Assembly: GCA_002383285.1 (NCBI GenBank)
Contig: DFXU01000007.1
Location: 2,712-66,711, forward strand
Origin: Bacillales bacterium UBA4100
GTDB lineage: Bacteria > Bacillota > Bacilli > Paenibacillales > UBA4045
Direction of reading: 5' to 3'
DNA length: 64,000 nucleotides
Under the pieces are notes generated by a model. That model saw only the letters and a list, made by a program, of their open reading frames with translations, was not told the origin of the DNA and did no database searches. The stretch's first letter is position 1. Each line of letters begins with the position of its first letter. Made by a program: the position numbers and the translations under genes. Positions 37,531-47,522 of the stretch are shown here, one piece after another.

Positions 37531-38046
37531 ATGGTGAATTTATTGAGAAAACTATCTAGAATGCTTAAATATAAATTAATTCAACTTTTACGTATAAGGA
37601 CAGGAGCCCAACAGGTAGCTCTTGGTTTTGTAACTGGTTTTTTCCCATGCTGGTTCCCTACCTTTGGTGCGGGTGCAGCACTGTCAATCGGTATCACCAA
37701 ATTAATAAAGGGCAATATTGTGGCGTCCATAATATCAGCAGCCTTGGGTTCTATTCTATGGCCAGTGTTGTTCTTAATGAACTTTAAGGTCGGTAAAATC
37801 TGGAGGGCATGGGCGGATACACAGACGATTGTAGCAGATAGTAACATTGACATTGTAGAAGTTGAATATATCGAAACCATCGATAGCATTAATGAATGGA
37901 GCACAATGGGCATTGACTTTCTTGTCGGTTCTATAATTAACAGTTTATTGTTCACAATATTAGGCTACTTTATTATCAGGTTCATCTTAGACCATTATCG
38001 CCACAGTCTCCTGAGGCTTATTAGAAATAAAGGTAAATCATTCTGA
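37531..38046 (+). CDS. DUF2062 membrane protein
   Basis: 171 aa with the motif GFVTGFFPCWFPTFG and several TM segments. Confidence 0.65.
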   Translation: MVNLLRKLSRMLKYKLIQLLRIRTGAQQVALGFVTGFFPCWFPTFGAGAALSIGITKLIKGNIVASIISAALGSILWPVLFLMNFKVGKIWRAWADTQTIVADSNIDIVEVEYIETIDSINEWSTMGIDFLVGSIINSLLFTILGYFIIRFILDHYRHSLLRLIRNKGKSF

Positions 38047-38071
38047 CATCAGAATTTCAGAATGATTTACC
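38032..38071. terminator. Hairpin/terminator overlapping the end of the DUF2062 gene
   Basis: GGTAAATCATTCTGA pairs with TCAGAATGATTTACC (perfect 15 bp) and is followed by TTT. It lies between convergent genes. Confidence 0.7.
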
Positions 38072-38080
38072 TTTGCAGTT

Positions 38081-38368
38081 TCACCTAAACATCCCCCAAA
38101 GCTTTATTAAATGAAATGTATTGTTCGGATCGATTTTCTGATCAAGAATAAATTGAATAAGCTGACCCAGCTGGTGCTCTGTCAGCTTCTCATCTAATAC
38201 CTTTGCGGTCTGGATAGTAAGCTTACGAACTCGATTCCGATCTTGTAAATCTTGCTTCGTAATGTCAGCCAAAACCATCTTTACCCGTTCTTTAACGACG
38301 GGATTCTTCATCTTGAGTTTAATCCGTTGGACAAATTCTTGATTGATTCCATACCTCTGGTATGCCAC
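38081..38368 (-). CDS. Small alpha-helical protein, possibly SpoVIF (stage VI sporulation protein F) family
   Basis: 95 aa starting at a GTG 6 nt after GGAGGTGA. The SpoVIF assignment rests on weak remembered similarity only. Confidence 0.4.
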   Translation of the reverse strand: MAYQRYGINQEFVQRIKLKMKNPVVKERVKMVLADITKQDLQDRNRVRKLTIQTAKVLDEKLTEHQLGQLIQFILDQKIDPNNTFHLIKLWGMFR

Positions 38369-38455
38369 GTAAGGTCACCTCCGTTTCATCATCACCATTA
38401 GCCTATGATTAGGAATAACCTTATGTGACTTTATTTTTCCAGCCTTTTTTTGTCA

Positions 38456-40510
38456 CTAGTCTATACTCTTGTTCTCGAACACTTGCTCTCTCTGCAGATA
38501 TGCGTGTATATCGGAGTAGTTTAGTCCCGTCCAGAAATCAGATTGATTTAGGAGTGTTGCTACATCATCTCGTGCTGTTTCAAGAATTTGAAAATCAGTA
38601 AGAATATTCGCTACCTTAAAGTCGGGCATTCCACTCTGCTTCGTTCCGAAGAAATCTCCTGGGCCCCTTAGCTCCAGATCACGTCTGGAAATCTCAAAGC
38701 CATCATTCGTCTCAGTCATAACTTGGAGCCGTTCCTCAGCGATTTCCGATTTAGGGTCAGATATGAGTATACAGTACGATTGATGAACTCCTCTCCCAAC
38801 ACGACCTCGCAATTGATGAAGCTGTGATAAACCAAATCGATCAGCATCATATATAACCATTACAGTCGCATTAGGCACATCAACCCCAACCTCTATAACC
38901 GTTGTGGAAACCAATACATCAAGCTGACCGGCAGCATATGCTTTCATCACATTCTCTTTCTCATTTACGGACATTCTTCCGTGAAGTAAACCTACTTGTA
39001 TCTTTGGTTCGAGTAGATGTTGAAGCTGTTGATGGACATCCATCGCATTCTGTACATCGAGCTTCTCTGACTCTTCAATAAGCGGACAGATCACATACGA
39101 CTGACGTTTCTCCTCAGCTTCACGACGAATAAAACCGATCACACGGCTTAGCATGTCGTGATGAACAGTGTACGTCTTAATCGGTATTCTCCCAATTGGA
39201 AGCTCGTTAAGTGTGGATACATCCATATCACCAAATGCTGAGATCGCTAATGTACGTGGGATTGGTGTAGCCGTCATCGTTAATACATCTGGATTCATCC
39301 CTTTACGACGTAATATACTACGCTGCTGCACACCGAAGCGATGCTGCTCATCCACAACTACAAGTCCGAGATTACGGAAGTATACATCCTCCTGGATCAG
39401 TGCATGTGTACCCACTACGATGTGCGTTAAACCCATCTGCAAGGATGAAATCATCTCTCTACGTGCACGAGCACCTAAGCTTCCTGTGAGCAAACCTACT
39501 TGAATTCCATATGGAGATAAGAGCTTGTCCAACGATCTCGTATGTTGCTCTGCTAATATCTCCGTCGGAACCATTAGGGCTCCCTGTAATCCTGCAGTCC
39601 AAGTAGCGAATAAGCCAATCGCTGCTACAATGGTCTTACCAGCACCAACATCCCCCTGTAGTAAACGATTCATCGTATGTACGCTTTGAATATCCTTCAG
39701 AATTTCAGCTACAACTAGCTTCTGAGAGTTTGTCAGCTTGAATGGCAATGATTTTACAAAAGCTCGAATACGTACGATATCTATACATTGGGCAATACCG
39801 TCAGCTCTCTTCTTCGTAACTGCACGGAATGCTTGCAGCTTGAGCTGGAATAAGAAAAATTCTTCATAGACAATCGTGTACCGAGCCTGTGTACCTATCT
39901 CTGTCTCTTCTGGATGATGAATAGCGTGAATGGCATTCTTCCGAGACAGTAAGTTCCGCTTTATTACGATTTGTTCAGGTATAATTTCCGAGATAAACTC
40001 ACCAAATTGTACAAGTCCTTGTTGGATCGTCTTCCTCATCCAGCCTTGAGTAATTGTCCCACCTATCGAATAAACCGGCTGTACTGTACCCGATTTCATG
40101 CTATGCGCACCGACAAATTCTGATTCACTCACCGTCATTTGCCGTCGTTGTTGATCCCACTTCCCAGTTAGAACAATCTCACGTCCAGACTGTAGCTGCT
40201 CCTTCAGATAATGTCGATTAAACCATACAGCACTGACCAGCATGTGATCGATCATGACCTTACAAGTTAAACGTGACTTCTTGAAGCCCCATACCTGTAA
40301 CACAGGCTCACTGTAGAGCATTCCGACAACGGTTACCTTCTCACCACTCTTCACATCTGCAAGAGAACGGATACGATAATCCTCATATCGATAAGGGTAG
40401 TACTCCAGTAGATCCAACACCGTACTAATTCCGAATGCTTCTAACTCCTTCGCCTTCTGTGGTCCTATGGACTTAACAGAACGCACAGGCAGCTGATGTA
40501 ATTCACTCAT
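38456..40510 (-). CDS. recG: ATP-dependent DNA helicase RecG
   Basis: 684 aa with helicase motifs GDVGAGKT and VVDEQHRFGV and an N-terminal wedge domain. Confidence 0.95.
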   Translation of the reverse strand: MSELHQLPVRSVKSIGPQKAKELEAFGISTVLDLLEYYPYRYEDYRIRSLADVKSGEKVTVVGMLYSEPVLQVWGFKKSRLTCKVMIDHMLVSAVWFNRHYLKEQLQSGREIVLTGKWDQQRRQMTVSESEFVGAHSMKSGTVQPVYSIGGTITQGWMRKTIQQGLVQFGEFISEIIPEQIVIKRNLLSRKNAIHAIHHPEETEIGTQARYTIVYEEFFLFQLKLQAFRAVTKKRADGIAQCIDIVRIRAFVKSLPFKLTNSQKLVVAEILKDIQSVHTMNRLLQGDVGAGKTIVAAIGLFATWTAGLQGALMVPTEILAEQHTRSLDKLLSPYGIQVGLLTGSLGARARREMISSLQMGLTHIVVGTHALIQEDVYFRNLGLVVVDEQHRFGVQQRSILRRKGMNPDVLTMTATPIPRTLAISAFGDMDVSTLNELPIGRIPIKTYTVHHDMLSRVIGFIRREAEEKRQSYVICPLIEESEKLDVQNAMDVHQQLQHLLEPKIQVGLLHGRMSVNEKENVMKAYAAGQLDVLVSTTVIEVGVDVPNATVMVIYDADRFGLSQLHQLRGRVGRGVHQSYCILISDPKSEIAEERLQVMTETNDGFEISRRDLELRGPGDFFGTKQSGMPDFKVANILTDFQILETARDDVATLLNQSDFWTGLNYSDIHAYLQREQVFENKSID

Positions 40511-41367
40511 GTGGCAGGAGTAACGAACACGGCAAGTGTTCCTGGACCAGTATGAGTCCCTATAACAGGACCAAGGTCAGTATAAGAATGTTGGTTAACT
40601 TGGAATTGTTCATTGATTAAATGATATATCTCTTCAGCACCATCCCTCGATTGAGAATGCCCGATACCTACATTAATCCGCTGTCCTTCAAAATCCTTCT
40701 GTAGTAACTCTATAATGCGTTTCACTGCTTTCTTATGTCCTCGCACTTTATCGACCGAATCCACTTCTCCTCCATCATCAAGAGTTAAGATTGGTTTAAT
40801 ATTAAGCAGTGATCCGAACATGGCTGATGCCTTTCCAATACGTCCACCTTTATACAAATATTCAAGCGTATCTAATATAAAATAAATTCGGGTTTTATTC
40901 CGGAGATCCTGCACTAAAGCTTGGATTTCATCCACACTCTTACCGGCTTGTGCAGCTTCTGCAGCGGCAATAACGAGTAAGCCAAGACCATAACAAGCGC
41001 TCTTAGAATCCACTAAAACTACATTAGTTTGATTATCTAGCAGTGACTTCGCGAGCATAGCAGACTGATATGTACCACTAAGAGCAGATGAAAGATGTAT
41101 AGATATCACACTCGTATCAGGCTGATCACATAATTCTTTGTATACCTCCATAAAATCAACAGGTGATGGCTGGGAAGTAGTTGGGAGCTCTTGGGATTGA
41201 CTCAGCTTCGTATAAAATTCACTCGAGATAATATCTACACTATCAAGGAAGGTTTCTTTGCCAAAGTGAACCTTTAGCGGAACCATCCTTATACCTAACT
41301 TTTCTCTGATTTCTAGCGGTAAATCTGCCGTACTGTCTGTTACAATCTTGACTTGAGCCAATTCCAC
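40507..41367 (-). CDS. DegV-family fatty-acid-binding protein
   Basis: 286 aa with the family N-terminus KIVTDSTADLP. The start may be TTG 41361. Its stop overlaps the recG start (ATGA). Confidence 0.88.
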   Translation of the reverse strand: MELAQVKIVTDSTADLPLEIREKLGIRMVPLKVHFGKETFLDSVDIISSEFYTKLSQSQELPTTSQPSPVDFMEVYKELCDQPDTSVISIHLSSALSGTYQSAMLAKSLLDNQTNVVLVDSKSACYGLGLLVIAAAEAAQAGKSVDEIQALVQDLRNKTRIYFILDTLEYLYKGGRIGKASAMFGSLLNIKPILTLDDGGEVDSVDKVRGHKKAVKRIIELLQKDFEGQRINVGIGHSQSRDGAEEIYHLINEQFQVNQHSYTDLGPVIGTHTGPGTLAVFVTPAT

Positions 41368-41401
41368 ACACCCCTTTTCAATAATTGAAAAACGTGTAAA
41401 T

Positions 41402-43084
41402 TCACTCTACCGATATGATATAAGCGTACAAAGGTTGTCCACCTGAGTGAATTTCAAGTTCTGTATTCGGATAATTGTCCTCGATATGATTTTGAATCGC
41501 TTGTGTCCACTCTGAGCTGGCTTCTTCTCCATAGAATAGAGTAATCACCTCATCACCCCGTTCAATCATGCGATCAAGAAGCAATTCACTTACTTTCAGT
41601 GGATTAGGATCAGATGCAATGAGCTTATAATCCATCATTCCAAGGAAATCATGCTCGCGAATTTCCAATTGATCAATCGTCGAATCACGAACCGCGAATG
41701 TAATGGAACCTGATTTAACCTGCTCCATCGCGGATATCATAGCTGCTACATTCTCTTCCACATCCGAGTTTTCATTAAAGGCGAGAATTGCCGAAAGTCC
41801 TTGTGGGATTGTTCTACTCGGAATAACAATCACTTCTTTGTCTGTAAGCTGTCCCGCTTGCTTAGCTGCAAGGATGATATTGGAATTATTAGGAAAAATA
41901 TAAATCAAATCTGAGGGTATATGATTCACCGCTTGTAATAATTCCTCTGTGGAAGGATTCATGGATTGTCCACCAGCAAGAATGCTATCTACCCCTAAGC
42001 TACTAAAAACATTACTTATTCCGTCACCCATTGCTACTGCTAATATCCCATACGATTTCTTAGGTGTTATTATCGGTGTAACCATTGGAGATTCGAAATG
42101 ATTATCAGAGTCTAATATATGAGCGTGTTGTTCACGCATATTCTCAATCTTAATTCTGGTTAGATCACCAAACTGCATAGCATGATTCATAACCGTTCCC
42201 GGCTGTTCTGCATGAATATGGACTTTCACGAGATCATCATCGGATACAACTAACAAAGAATCTCCTAGCTTCTCGAGCTCGTCGCGAAATAATAATTCAT
42301 TAAATGGTGTCTTGTTATCGGACTTAAGACTAATAATGAACTCTGTACAATAACCATACTCAATATCCTCTGTTGCTATATGTGACTGTGCACTACTGGT
42401 CCGCTCAGTCATTATCGGAATAGGAATTTCCGACTTATTGATCAGACTACCACCTGTAAGTGCTTGTATAAAACCTGCGTAAATATAAACAAGTCCTTGT
42501 CCTCCAGCATCTACTACACCGACCTGCTTAAGAATAGGTAGCTGCTCTGGGGTATAATCTAGAGCTACTTGCGCGGCATGCTGCACATTCTGGAACAATT
42601 CTACAATATCGTCCGTCATACCAATAACCTCTGCACTTTGCTTGGCTGCCTGCTTGGATACTGTGAGAATAGTTCCTTCAACAGGCTTAACCACCGCTTG
42701 GTATGCAGATTCAACACCTTGCAATAGGGCGTGGGATAGTTGTTGAATATTGGCTTCTGGAAGACCACTTACAGATTTTGCAAATCCTCGGAATAGCTGA
42801 GACAAGATGACGCCAGAATTCCCGCGTGCTCCTAACAACAGCCCTCTTGAAAGCGCTTCCGCAGATTGACCTAAATGGCTACTTGCTTTGGCTTTCATTT
42901 CCTGAATTCCGCTCTGTAATGTAAGGCTCATATTCGTACCTGTATCACCATCTGGTACGGGAAATACATTCAATGCATTGATATGAACTATGTTCTCCTG
43001 AAGTTTCTGGGCCCCTATCCATACCATGTTCAAAAAATCTGTTCCATCTAGGTAGTGTTTCAACAATGTATTTTCCCCTATCAT
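41402..43084 (-). CDS. yloV: DAK2-domain fusion protein YloV
   Basis: 560 aa with the Dak phosphatase motif PVPDGDTGTNM and a C-terminal DegV-like half. It sits in the conserved position opposite rpmB. Confidence 0.88.
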   Translation of the reverse strand: MIGENTLLKHYLDGTDFLNMVWIGAQKLQENIVHINALNVFPVPDGDTGTNMSLTLQSGIQEMKAKASSHLGQSAEALSRGLLLGARGNSGVILSQLFRGFAKSVSGLPEANIQQLSHALLQGVESAYQAVVKPVEGTILTVSKQAAKQSAEVIGMTDDIVELFQNVQHAAQVALDYTPEQLPILKQVGVVDAGGQGLVYIYAGFIQALTGGSLINKSEIPIPIMTERTSSAQSHIATEDIEYGYCTEFIISLKSDNKTPFNELLFRDELEKLGDSLLVVSDDDLVKVHIHAEQPGTVMNHAMQFGDLTRIKIENMREQHAHILDSDNHFESPMVTPIITPKKSYGILAVAMGDGISNVFSSLGVDSILAGGQSMNPSTEELLQAVNHIPSDLIYIFPNNSNIILAAKQAGQLTDKEVIVIPSRTIPQGLSAILAFNENSDVEENVAAMISAMEQVKSGSITFAVRDSTIDQLEIREHDFLGMMDYKLIASDPNPLKVSELLLDRMIERGDEVITLFYGEEASSEWTQAIQNHIEDNYPNTELEIHSGGQPLYAYIISVE

Positions 43085-43181
43085 AGCTTCATTTAGACTT
43101 AGTCACATTTTACTATATGTAAACGAATAATGAAATGGCTTTATCAAGATAACAGGTTTAATGTCTTAATTTGCATTTTGA

Positions 43182-43211
43182 TTGACTGACATGAAGTAAG
43201 CATGATATTAT
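43182..43211 (+). promoter_or_regulatory. Sigma-A-type promoter for rpmB
   Basis: TTGACT (43182-43187), an 18-nt spacer, then TGaTATTAT as an extended -10 (TATTAT = 43206-43211). Confidence 0.55.
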
Positions 43212-43294
43212 AGTAAAAGTGTGTTTCAATCAAGTTGATACATCCGTGCTGAGAGAGATCTTGCATATGGATTTAGTTTAAGGAGGTGTGTTAG

Positions 43295-43483
43295 ATGTCT
43301 CGCAAATGTTATATTACAGGTAGATCACCAAAAAGCGGCAATAACGTTTCTCATGCTAATAACAAAACGAAACGTACTTGGGGAGTTAACGTTCAGAAAG
43401 TACGTATTATTGTAGACGGTAGACCGGTGAAGGTTTATGTCAGTACTCGTGCTTTGAAATCAGGTAAAGTGGTTCGCGCTTAG
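43295..43483 (+). CDS. rpmB: 50S ribosomal protein L28
   Basis: 62 aa starting [27 protein letters not shown], preceded by an AAGGAGGTG RBS. Confidence 0.97.
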   Translation: MSRKCYITGRSPKSGNNVSHANNKTKRTWGVNVQKVRIIVDGRPVKVYVSTRALKSGKVVRA

Positions 43484-43504
43484 CATTAATTATCTAACAA
43501 GAGT

Positions 43505-43535
43505 AAAAAGCACCCTATAGTGGTGCTTTTTTTTT
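43505..43535. terminator. Intrinsic terminator after rpmB (the A/T flanks make it potentially bidirectional)
   Basis: AAAAAGCACC-ctatagt-GGTGCTTTTTTTTT. Confidence 0.8.
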
Positions 43536-43538
43536 CAT

Positions 43539-43570
43539 GAATCGATTCCGCAATAATGCGGAATCGATTC
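43539..43570. other. Second perfect hairpin between rpmB and spoVM
   Basis: GAATCGATTCCGC-aataat-GCGGAATCGATTC forms a 13-bp perfect stem. Neither side has a T-run. Confidence 0.6.
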
Positions 43571-43620
43571 ACTATTATGAAATTAAGTATAAGAACCATA
43601 TAAGTGGTACTGGTGCCTCA

Positions 43621-43701
43621 TTATTTCTTGCTAAACGTGTTAAGGACGGTCTTAACGAAACTGCCTAGAAATCTTGGTAGTTTGATTGTATAGAATTTCA
43701 T
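43621..43701 (-). CDS. spoVM: Stage V sporulation protein M (26 aa)
   Basis: Absent from the ORF track because it is under 60 aa. My translation MKFYTIKLPRFLGSFVKTVLNTFSKK is nearly identical in its first half to B. subtilis SpoVM (MKFYTIKLPKFLGG...). A GGGAGGGG RBS precedes it, and it sits in the conserved position between rpe and rpmB. Confidence 0.85.
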   Translation of the reverse strand: MKFYTIKLPRFLGSFVKTVLNTFSKK

Positions 43702-43841
43702 CCCCTACCCCTCCCAATGATTAGTCATCCTGCATGCGCATCCACTTCTATTGTATTCAGCCCATTTGATAAGGTGTCTAACGACCAAACAAAAAAGATA
43801 CCGTAGACAGACGTCTTTAGTATCTCAGTATATGCTACTTA

Positions 43842-44507
43842 TTATCTGATCATTCCACAGCCTTGACGAAGTTCATTAATCGCCTTGGTGCGATCAGCTG
43901 CTCCGAAGACAGCGTTTCCTGCAACCAGCACATTAGCGCCTGCTGCAACAACCTGTGCAGCAGTTTCTGCATTAATACCTCCATCAACCTCAATATCAAT
44001 AGTGGAAAGCTCTCGTTCATCTATTAAGCCTCTTAAACGACGAATTTTGTCCAAGGTTGATGGAATGAAGGGTTGCCCCCCGAATCCAGGATTTACTGTC
44101 ATAATGAGTATGTAATCCACCATATCTAATACGGGAATTAGCTGCTCAACTGGTGTTGCTGGATTGATAACAGCCCCTGCACGTACTCCAAGCTGCTTAA
44201 TCATCTGTAATGTGCGATGTAGATGAACGTCCGCTTCAGCATGCACGGAGATTAGATCAGCCCCTGCCTTGGCGAATGCAGGTACATAACGATCTGGATG
44301 CTCAATCATCAAGTGAACATCAAGAGGCAGCTTCGTATGCGGACGAATCGCCTCCACAATAAGGGGACCAATCGTAATATTAGGAACAAAGTGACCATCC
44401 ATTACATCGATATGCAACCAGTCTGCCCCAGCTTGCTCAACCTCTTGTACTTCCTGCGCCAACTTCGCAAAATCAGCAGATAATATCGAGGGTGCTAATA
44501 AAATCAT
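43842..44507 (-). CDS. rpe: Ribulose-phosphate 3-epimerase
   Basis: Contains the motifs [12 protein letters not shown] and [15 protein letters not shown] 44507 follows GCGGAGGT. Confidence 0.93.
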   Translation of the reverse strand: MILLAPSILSADFAKLAQEVQEVEQAGADWLHIDVMDGHFVPNITIGPLIVEAIRPHTKLPLDVHLMIEHPDRYVPAFAKAGADLISVHAEADVHLHRTLQMIKQLGVRAGAVINPATPVEQLIPVLDMVDYILIMTVNPGFGGQPFIPSTLDKIRRLRGLIDERELSTIDIEVDGGINAETAAQVVAAGANVLVAGNAVFGAADRTKAINELRQGCGMIR

Positions 44508-44511
44508 ACCA

Positions 44512-45426
44512 TTAATACCTCCGCTTCCTCTCACTTATTTCCTGTAAGAATATCAAATAATGATCATAACGACTTTGTGCAATTCGACCTGCATGAACAC
44601 CCTCGATAACCCTGCAATCTGGCTCATTACGATGTAAGCAGCCTCGGAATTTGCAAAGATCTTCTGATTGATTAAATTCAACAAAGAACTGACTTAGGTC
44701 ATCTGTCTCAATACCGGCAAAATCCAATTGGCTAAAACCAGGGGTGTCAAAAACCCACCCACCGTTCTCAAGCGGTAATAGCTCGACATGTCGAGTGGTA
44801 TGCTTGCCACGACCTAATCTAACACTTATCTCATTCGTCTCAATATCCATATTAGGAATTATCGCATTAATTAACGAAGATTTACCTACACCAGATTGAC
44901 CCGAGAAAACAGTGATTTTCCCTGCGAGATGTGCTAGTATCTCATCCTTGCCTTCTCCCGTCTTTGCACTACAGATTAACACAGAATAACCAATAGTTTC
45001 ATAAATTTGCCGAATGTTATCTATTGTTTCCAGCAATTTATACGCTTCCTTGGGTTGAAGAAGATCACTCTTAGATATACAAATCGTCGTCTGTAAATGA
45101 TGCTTCTCCGTATGAACTAGAAACTTATCAAGTAGATGTGTGCTTAAGTCTGGTTCGGCAGCTGCGAACACTAATAAAGCTGTGTCAGCATTAGCAACTT
45201 GAGGACGTATTAATTCAGATGTACGTGGTAGAATTTCATCAACCATACCTTCGCTATCACCATCTGTAAGTGTGTATATAACCCGATCACCTACTAATGG
45301 TGTAACCTCATTCTTCCTGAGTATTCCTCTACCTCTACATTGAATAGATATATCATTCGGTGAAGCATGATCAGGTAACACATAATAATATCCGCTTAAT
45401 GCTTTTACAATAAGCCCTTCTGGCAT
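44512..45426 (-). CDS. rsgA: Ribosome small-subunit-dependent GTPase A
   Basis: Circularly permuted GTPase with [13 protein letters not shown], a C-terminal zinc motif ([14 protein letters not shown]) and an OB fold at the N-terminus. Confidence 0.93.
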   Translation of the reverse strand: MPEGLIVKALSGYYYVLPDHASPNDISIQCRGRGILRKNEVTPLVGDRVIYTLTDGDSEGMVDEILPRTSELIRPQVANADTALLVFAAAEPDLSTHLLDKFLVHTEKHHLQTTICISKSDLLQPKEAYKLLETIDNIRQIYETIGYSVLICSAKTGEGKDEILAHLAGKITVFSGQSGVGKSSLINAIIPNMDIETNEISVRLGRGKHTTRHVELLPLENGGWVFDTPGFSQLDFAGIETDDLSQFFVEFNQSEDLCKFRGCLHRNEPDCRVIEGVHAGRIAQSRYDHYLIFLQEISERKRRY

Positions 45427-45449
45427 ACATTAAGCCTCCTTTATTATTG

Positions 45450-47522
45450 TTATTCACCTTGAATCACTGTGTCATCTGTAGCTGGAGATGGTGTATCATT
45501 CTCATCCCCTAATTGTGCATCTTCCTCATTAGCATCAATTTCTGGAGATTGACGATTCTTGGCATCCGCATAAGTCACTGTATGTGTGTCATACGGTTTG
45601 TCATTCGTATAGACAGAAATTACAGCATTCTTCTTAGGTGATAACACCAGTCGAATGGTGAAGGATTTCTCCTCGGTAATATCAGTAATCCCCCATTCAA
45701 CACTCTCACCAGAAGCATCTGTGACCAGTATCTTAACCTTTGTCGATTCTCCGGGAGCTGTAGGTTTTACGGTTACCGATTTGAGATCCTCTACTGCATC
45801 CTCCGGGAGTCCATCACTGATGAATAGAGTAATTTCTGATCCAGGCTCCACATCCTCATTCGGTTGGTAAGGGAACTGCTTGAATATATAGTCTTTAGGA
45901 GTATATGTCTTTTCCTTCTTAATTCCGTCCTTAGCGAGAACTAATCCTACCTTCTCTAACATGACGGTTGCAGGTCCTAATGTCAGTCCAGTTAGATCAG
46001 GCATAGGGATTGTGCCTGGACCAGAGCTGACGGTAATCTTAATTTCCGTCCCTTTCGGATTGAATTCCTCTTCATATGCGGGATCTTGGCTTAGAACCGT
46101 ACCTGCAGCTTCATCGCTTTTTTCTTCAATCTTACTAATTATTGTACCTGCTTCTTTATATTTTGCTGATAACGCAAGCTGAACTTCCTTCCATGCTAAT
46201 CCCACGTAATCATCCATAAAGGACATTTCCGGTCCACTGCTTACAACTAGATTAATATAAGTACCTTCTTTTGCAGTAACCCCCTCTTTATCCTGAGAGA
46301 TAACTACATCCTTCTCAACCACATCGCTTAACTCATATTCAGGCTCAAGAACCTTCAAACCTTCATTATTGAGTTCTGCTATAGCTTTATCTAAAGTCAT
46401 ACCTACAACACTCGGTACGGTAACATCAGGAACCTCTAGCTTATCCTTGAGCCACATTACGCCATACCACATGGCAAGCAATATACCTACTATGAAGACG
46501 ATCCATATTAAAGGCTTTATCCAAGCTCTGCTGGGCTTTTCTTCGTCTACCTCATCCCACCGTTTAGAATCCTGTCTCCCCATAGACTGACCTTCCTTCT
46601 TGTCTGGGAATCGCTGATCATGTCGGACTGCAGGGATAATCAAGGTCCGCTCATCATCATGCTCTTCTGTAGCTTCGAACAAGGCTTTTGCTTCTACCCT
46701 TCGATCAGGTAATAAGCAGCTTTCCAAATCCTCATACATTTCTTTAGCAGACATGTATCTTTCAACCGGATCTTTACGCACAGCCTTGAGTATGATATTC
46801 TCTACGCTCTGTGGGATGAGTGGATTCACCTTCCTAGGCTCTTCCACCTTCTCTTGCAGATGCTTTAGAGCAACACTTATCGGACTTTCACCTATAAAGG
46901 GAAGCTTTCCTGTTAACATTTGGTATAATACGATTCCTAGAGAATAAATGTCTGATTTAGCACCTTGAGAGACACCTTTAGCGTGCTCAGGGGAAAAGTA
47001 ATGTACGGAACCCAGCACTGCACCTGTTTGCGTAATATCTGTAGATGCTGTTGCGCGTGCAATACCAAAGTCAGTTACTTTAATCCGACCATTCTTACCT
47101 ATTAATATGTTATGGGGCTTAATATCTCGATGAATAATTTCATTCTGATGGGCATGATCGAGCGCATCACAAATTTGACTTGCGATATGTACAGCTTCTT
47201 CAATCTGTAATGGTGCAGCCTCTTTTATCTTATCATTCAACGTTGAACCTTCTATATACTCCATTACAATATAATAAACATCATCATCTTGACCAACATC
47301 ATAGATGCTTACTATATTCGGATGGGACAGAGATGCTGCAGCCTGAGCTTCACGGCGGAAACGACGAATAAAATCATCATCATTCGTATACTGCTGGCGT
47401 AATACCTTCACAGCTACTTTACGATTAAGCAGAGAATCGTGCGCTTTGTATACGATAGCCATTCCGCCGCCGCCAACTCGTTCGATCACTTCGTATCGTT
47501 TACCCAGCTCACGTCCGATCAT
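45450..47522 (-). CDS. prkC: Ser/Thr protein kinase with extracellular PASTA repeats
   Basis: Has a Hanks kinase domain (HRDIKPHNIL, DFGIA), one TM helix and repeated PASTA-like modules in the C-terminal half. Confidence 0.93.
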   Translation of the reverse strand: MIGRELGKRYEVIERVGGGGMAIVYKAHDSLLNRKVAVKVLRQQYTNDDDFIRRFRREAQAAASLSHPNIVSIYDVGQDDDVYYIVMEYIEGSTLNDKIKEAAPLQIEEAVHIASQICDALDHAHQNEIIHRDIKPHNILIGKNGRIKVTDFGIARATASTDITQTGAVLGSVHYFSPEHAKGVSQGAKSDIYSLGIVLYQMLTGKLPFIGESPISVALKHLQEKVEEPRKVNPLIPQSVENIILKAVRKDPVERYMSAKEMYEDLESCLLPDRRVEAKALFEATEEHDDERTLIIPAVRHDQRFPDKKEGQSMGRQDSKRWDEVDEEKPSRAWIKPLIWIVFIVGILLAMWYGVMWLKDKLEVPDVTVPSVVGMTLDKAIAELNNEGLKVLEPEYELSDVVEKDVVISQDKEGVTAKEGTYINLVVSSGPEMSFMDDYVGLAWKEVQLALSAKYKEAGTIISKIEEKSDEAAGTVLSQDPAYEEEFNPKGTEIKITVSSGPGTIPMPDLTGLTLGPATVMLEKVGLVLAKDGIKKEKTYTPKDYIFKQFPYQPNEDVEPGSEITLFISDGLPEDAVEDLKSVTVKPTAPGESTKVKILVTDASGESVEWGITDITEEKSFTIRLVLSPKKNAVISVYTNDKPYDTHTVTYADAKNRQSPEIDANEEDAQLGDENDTPSPATDDTVIQGE

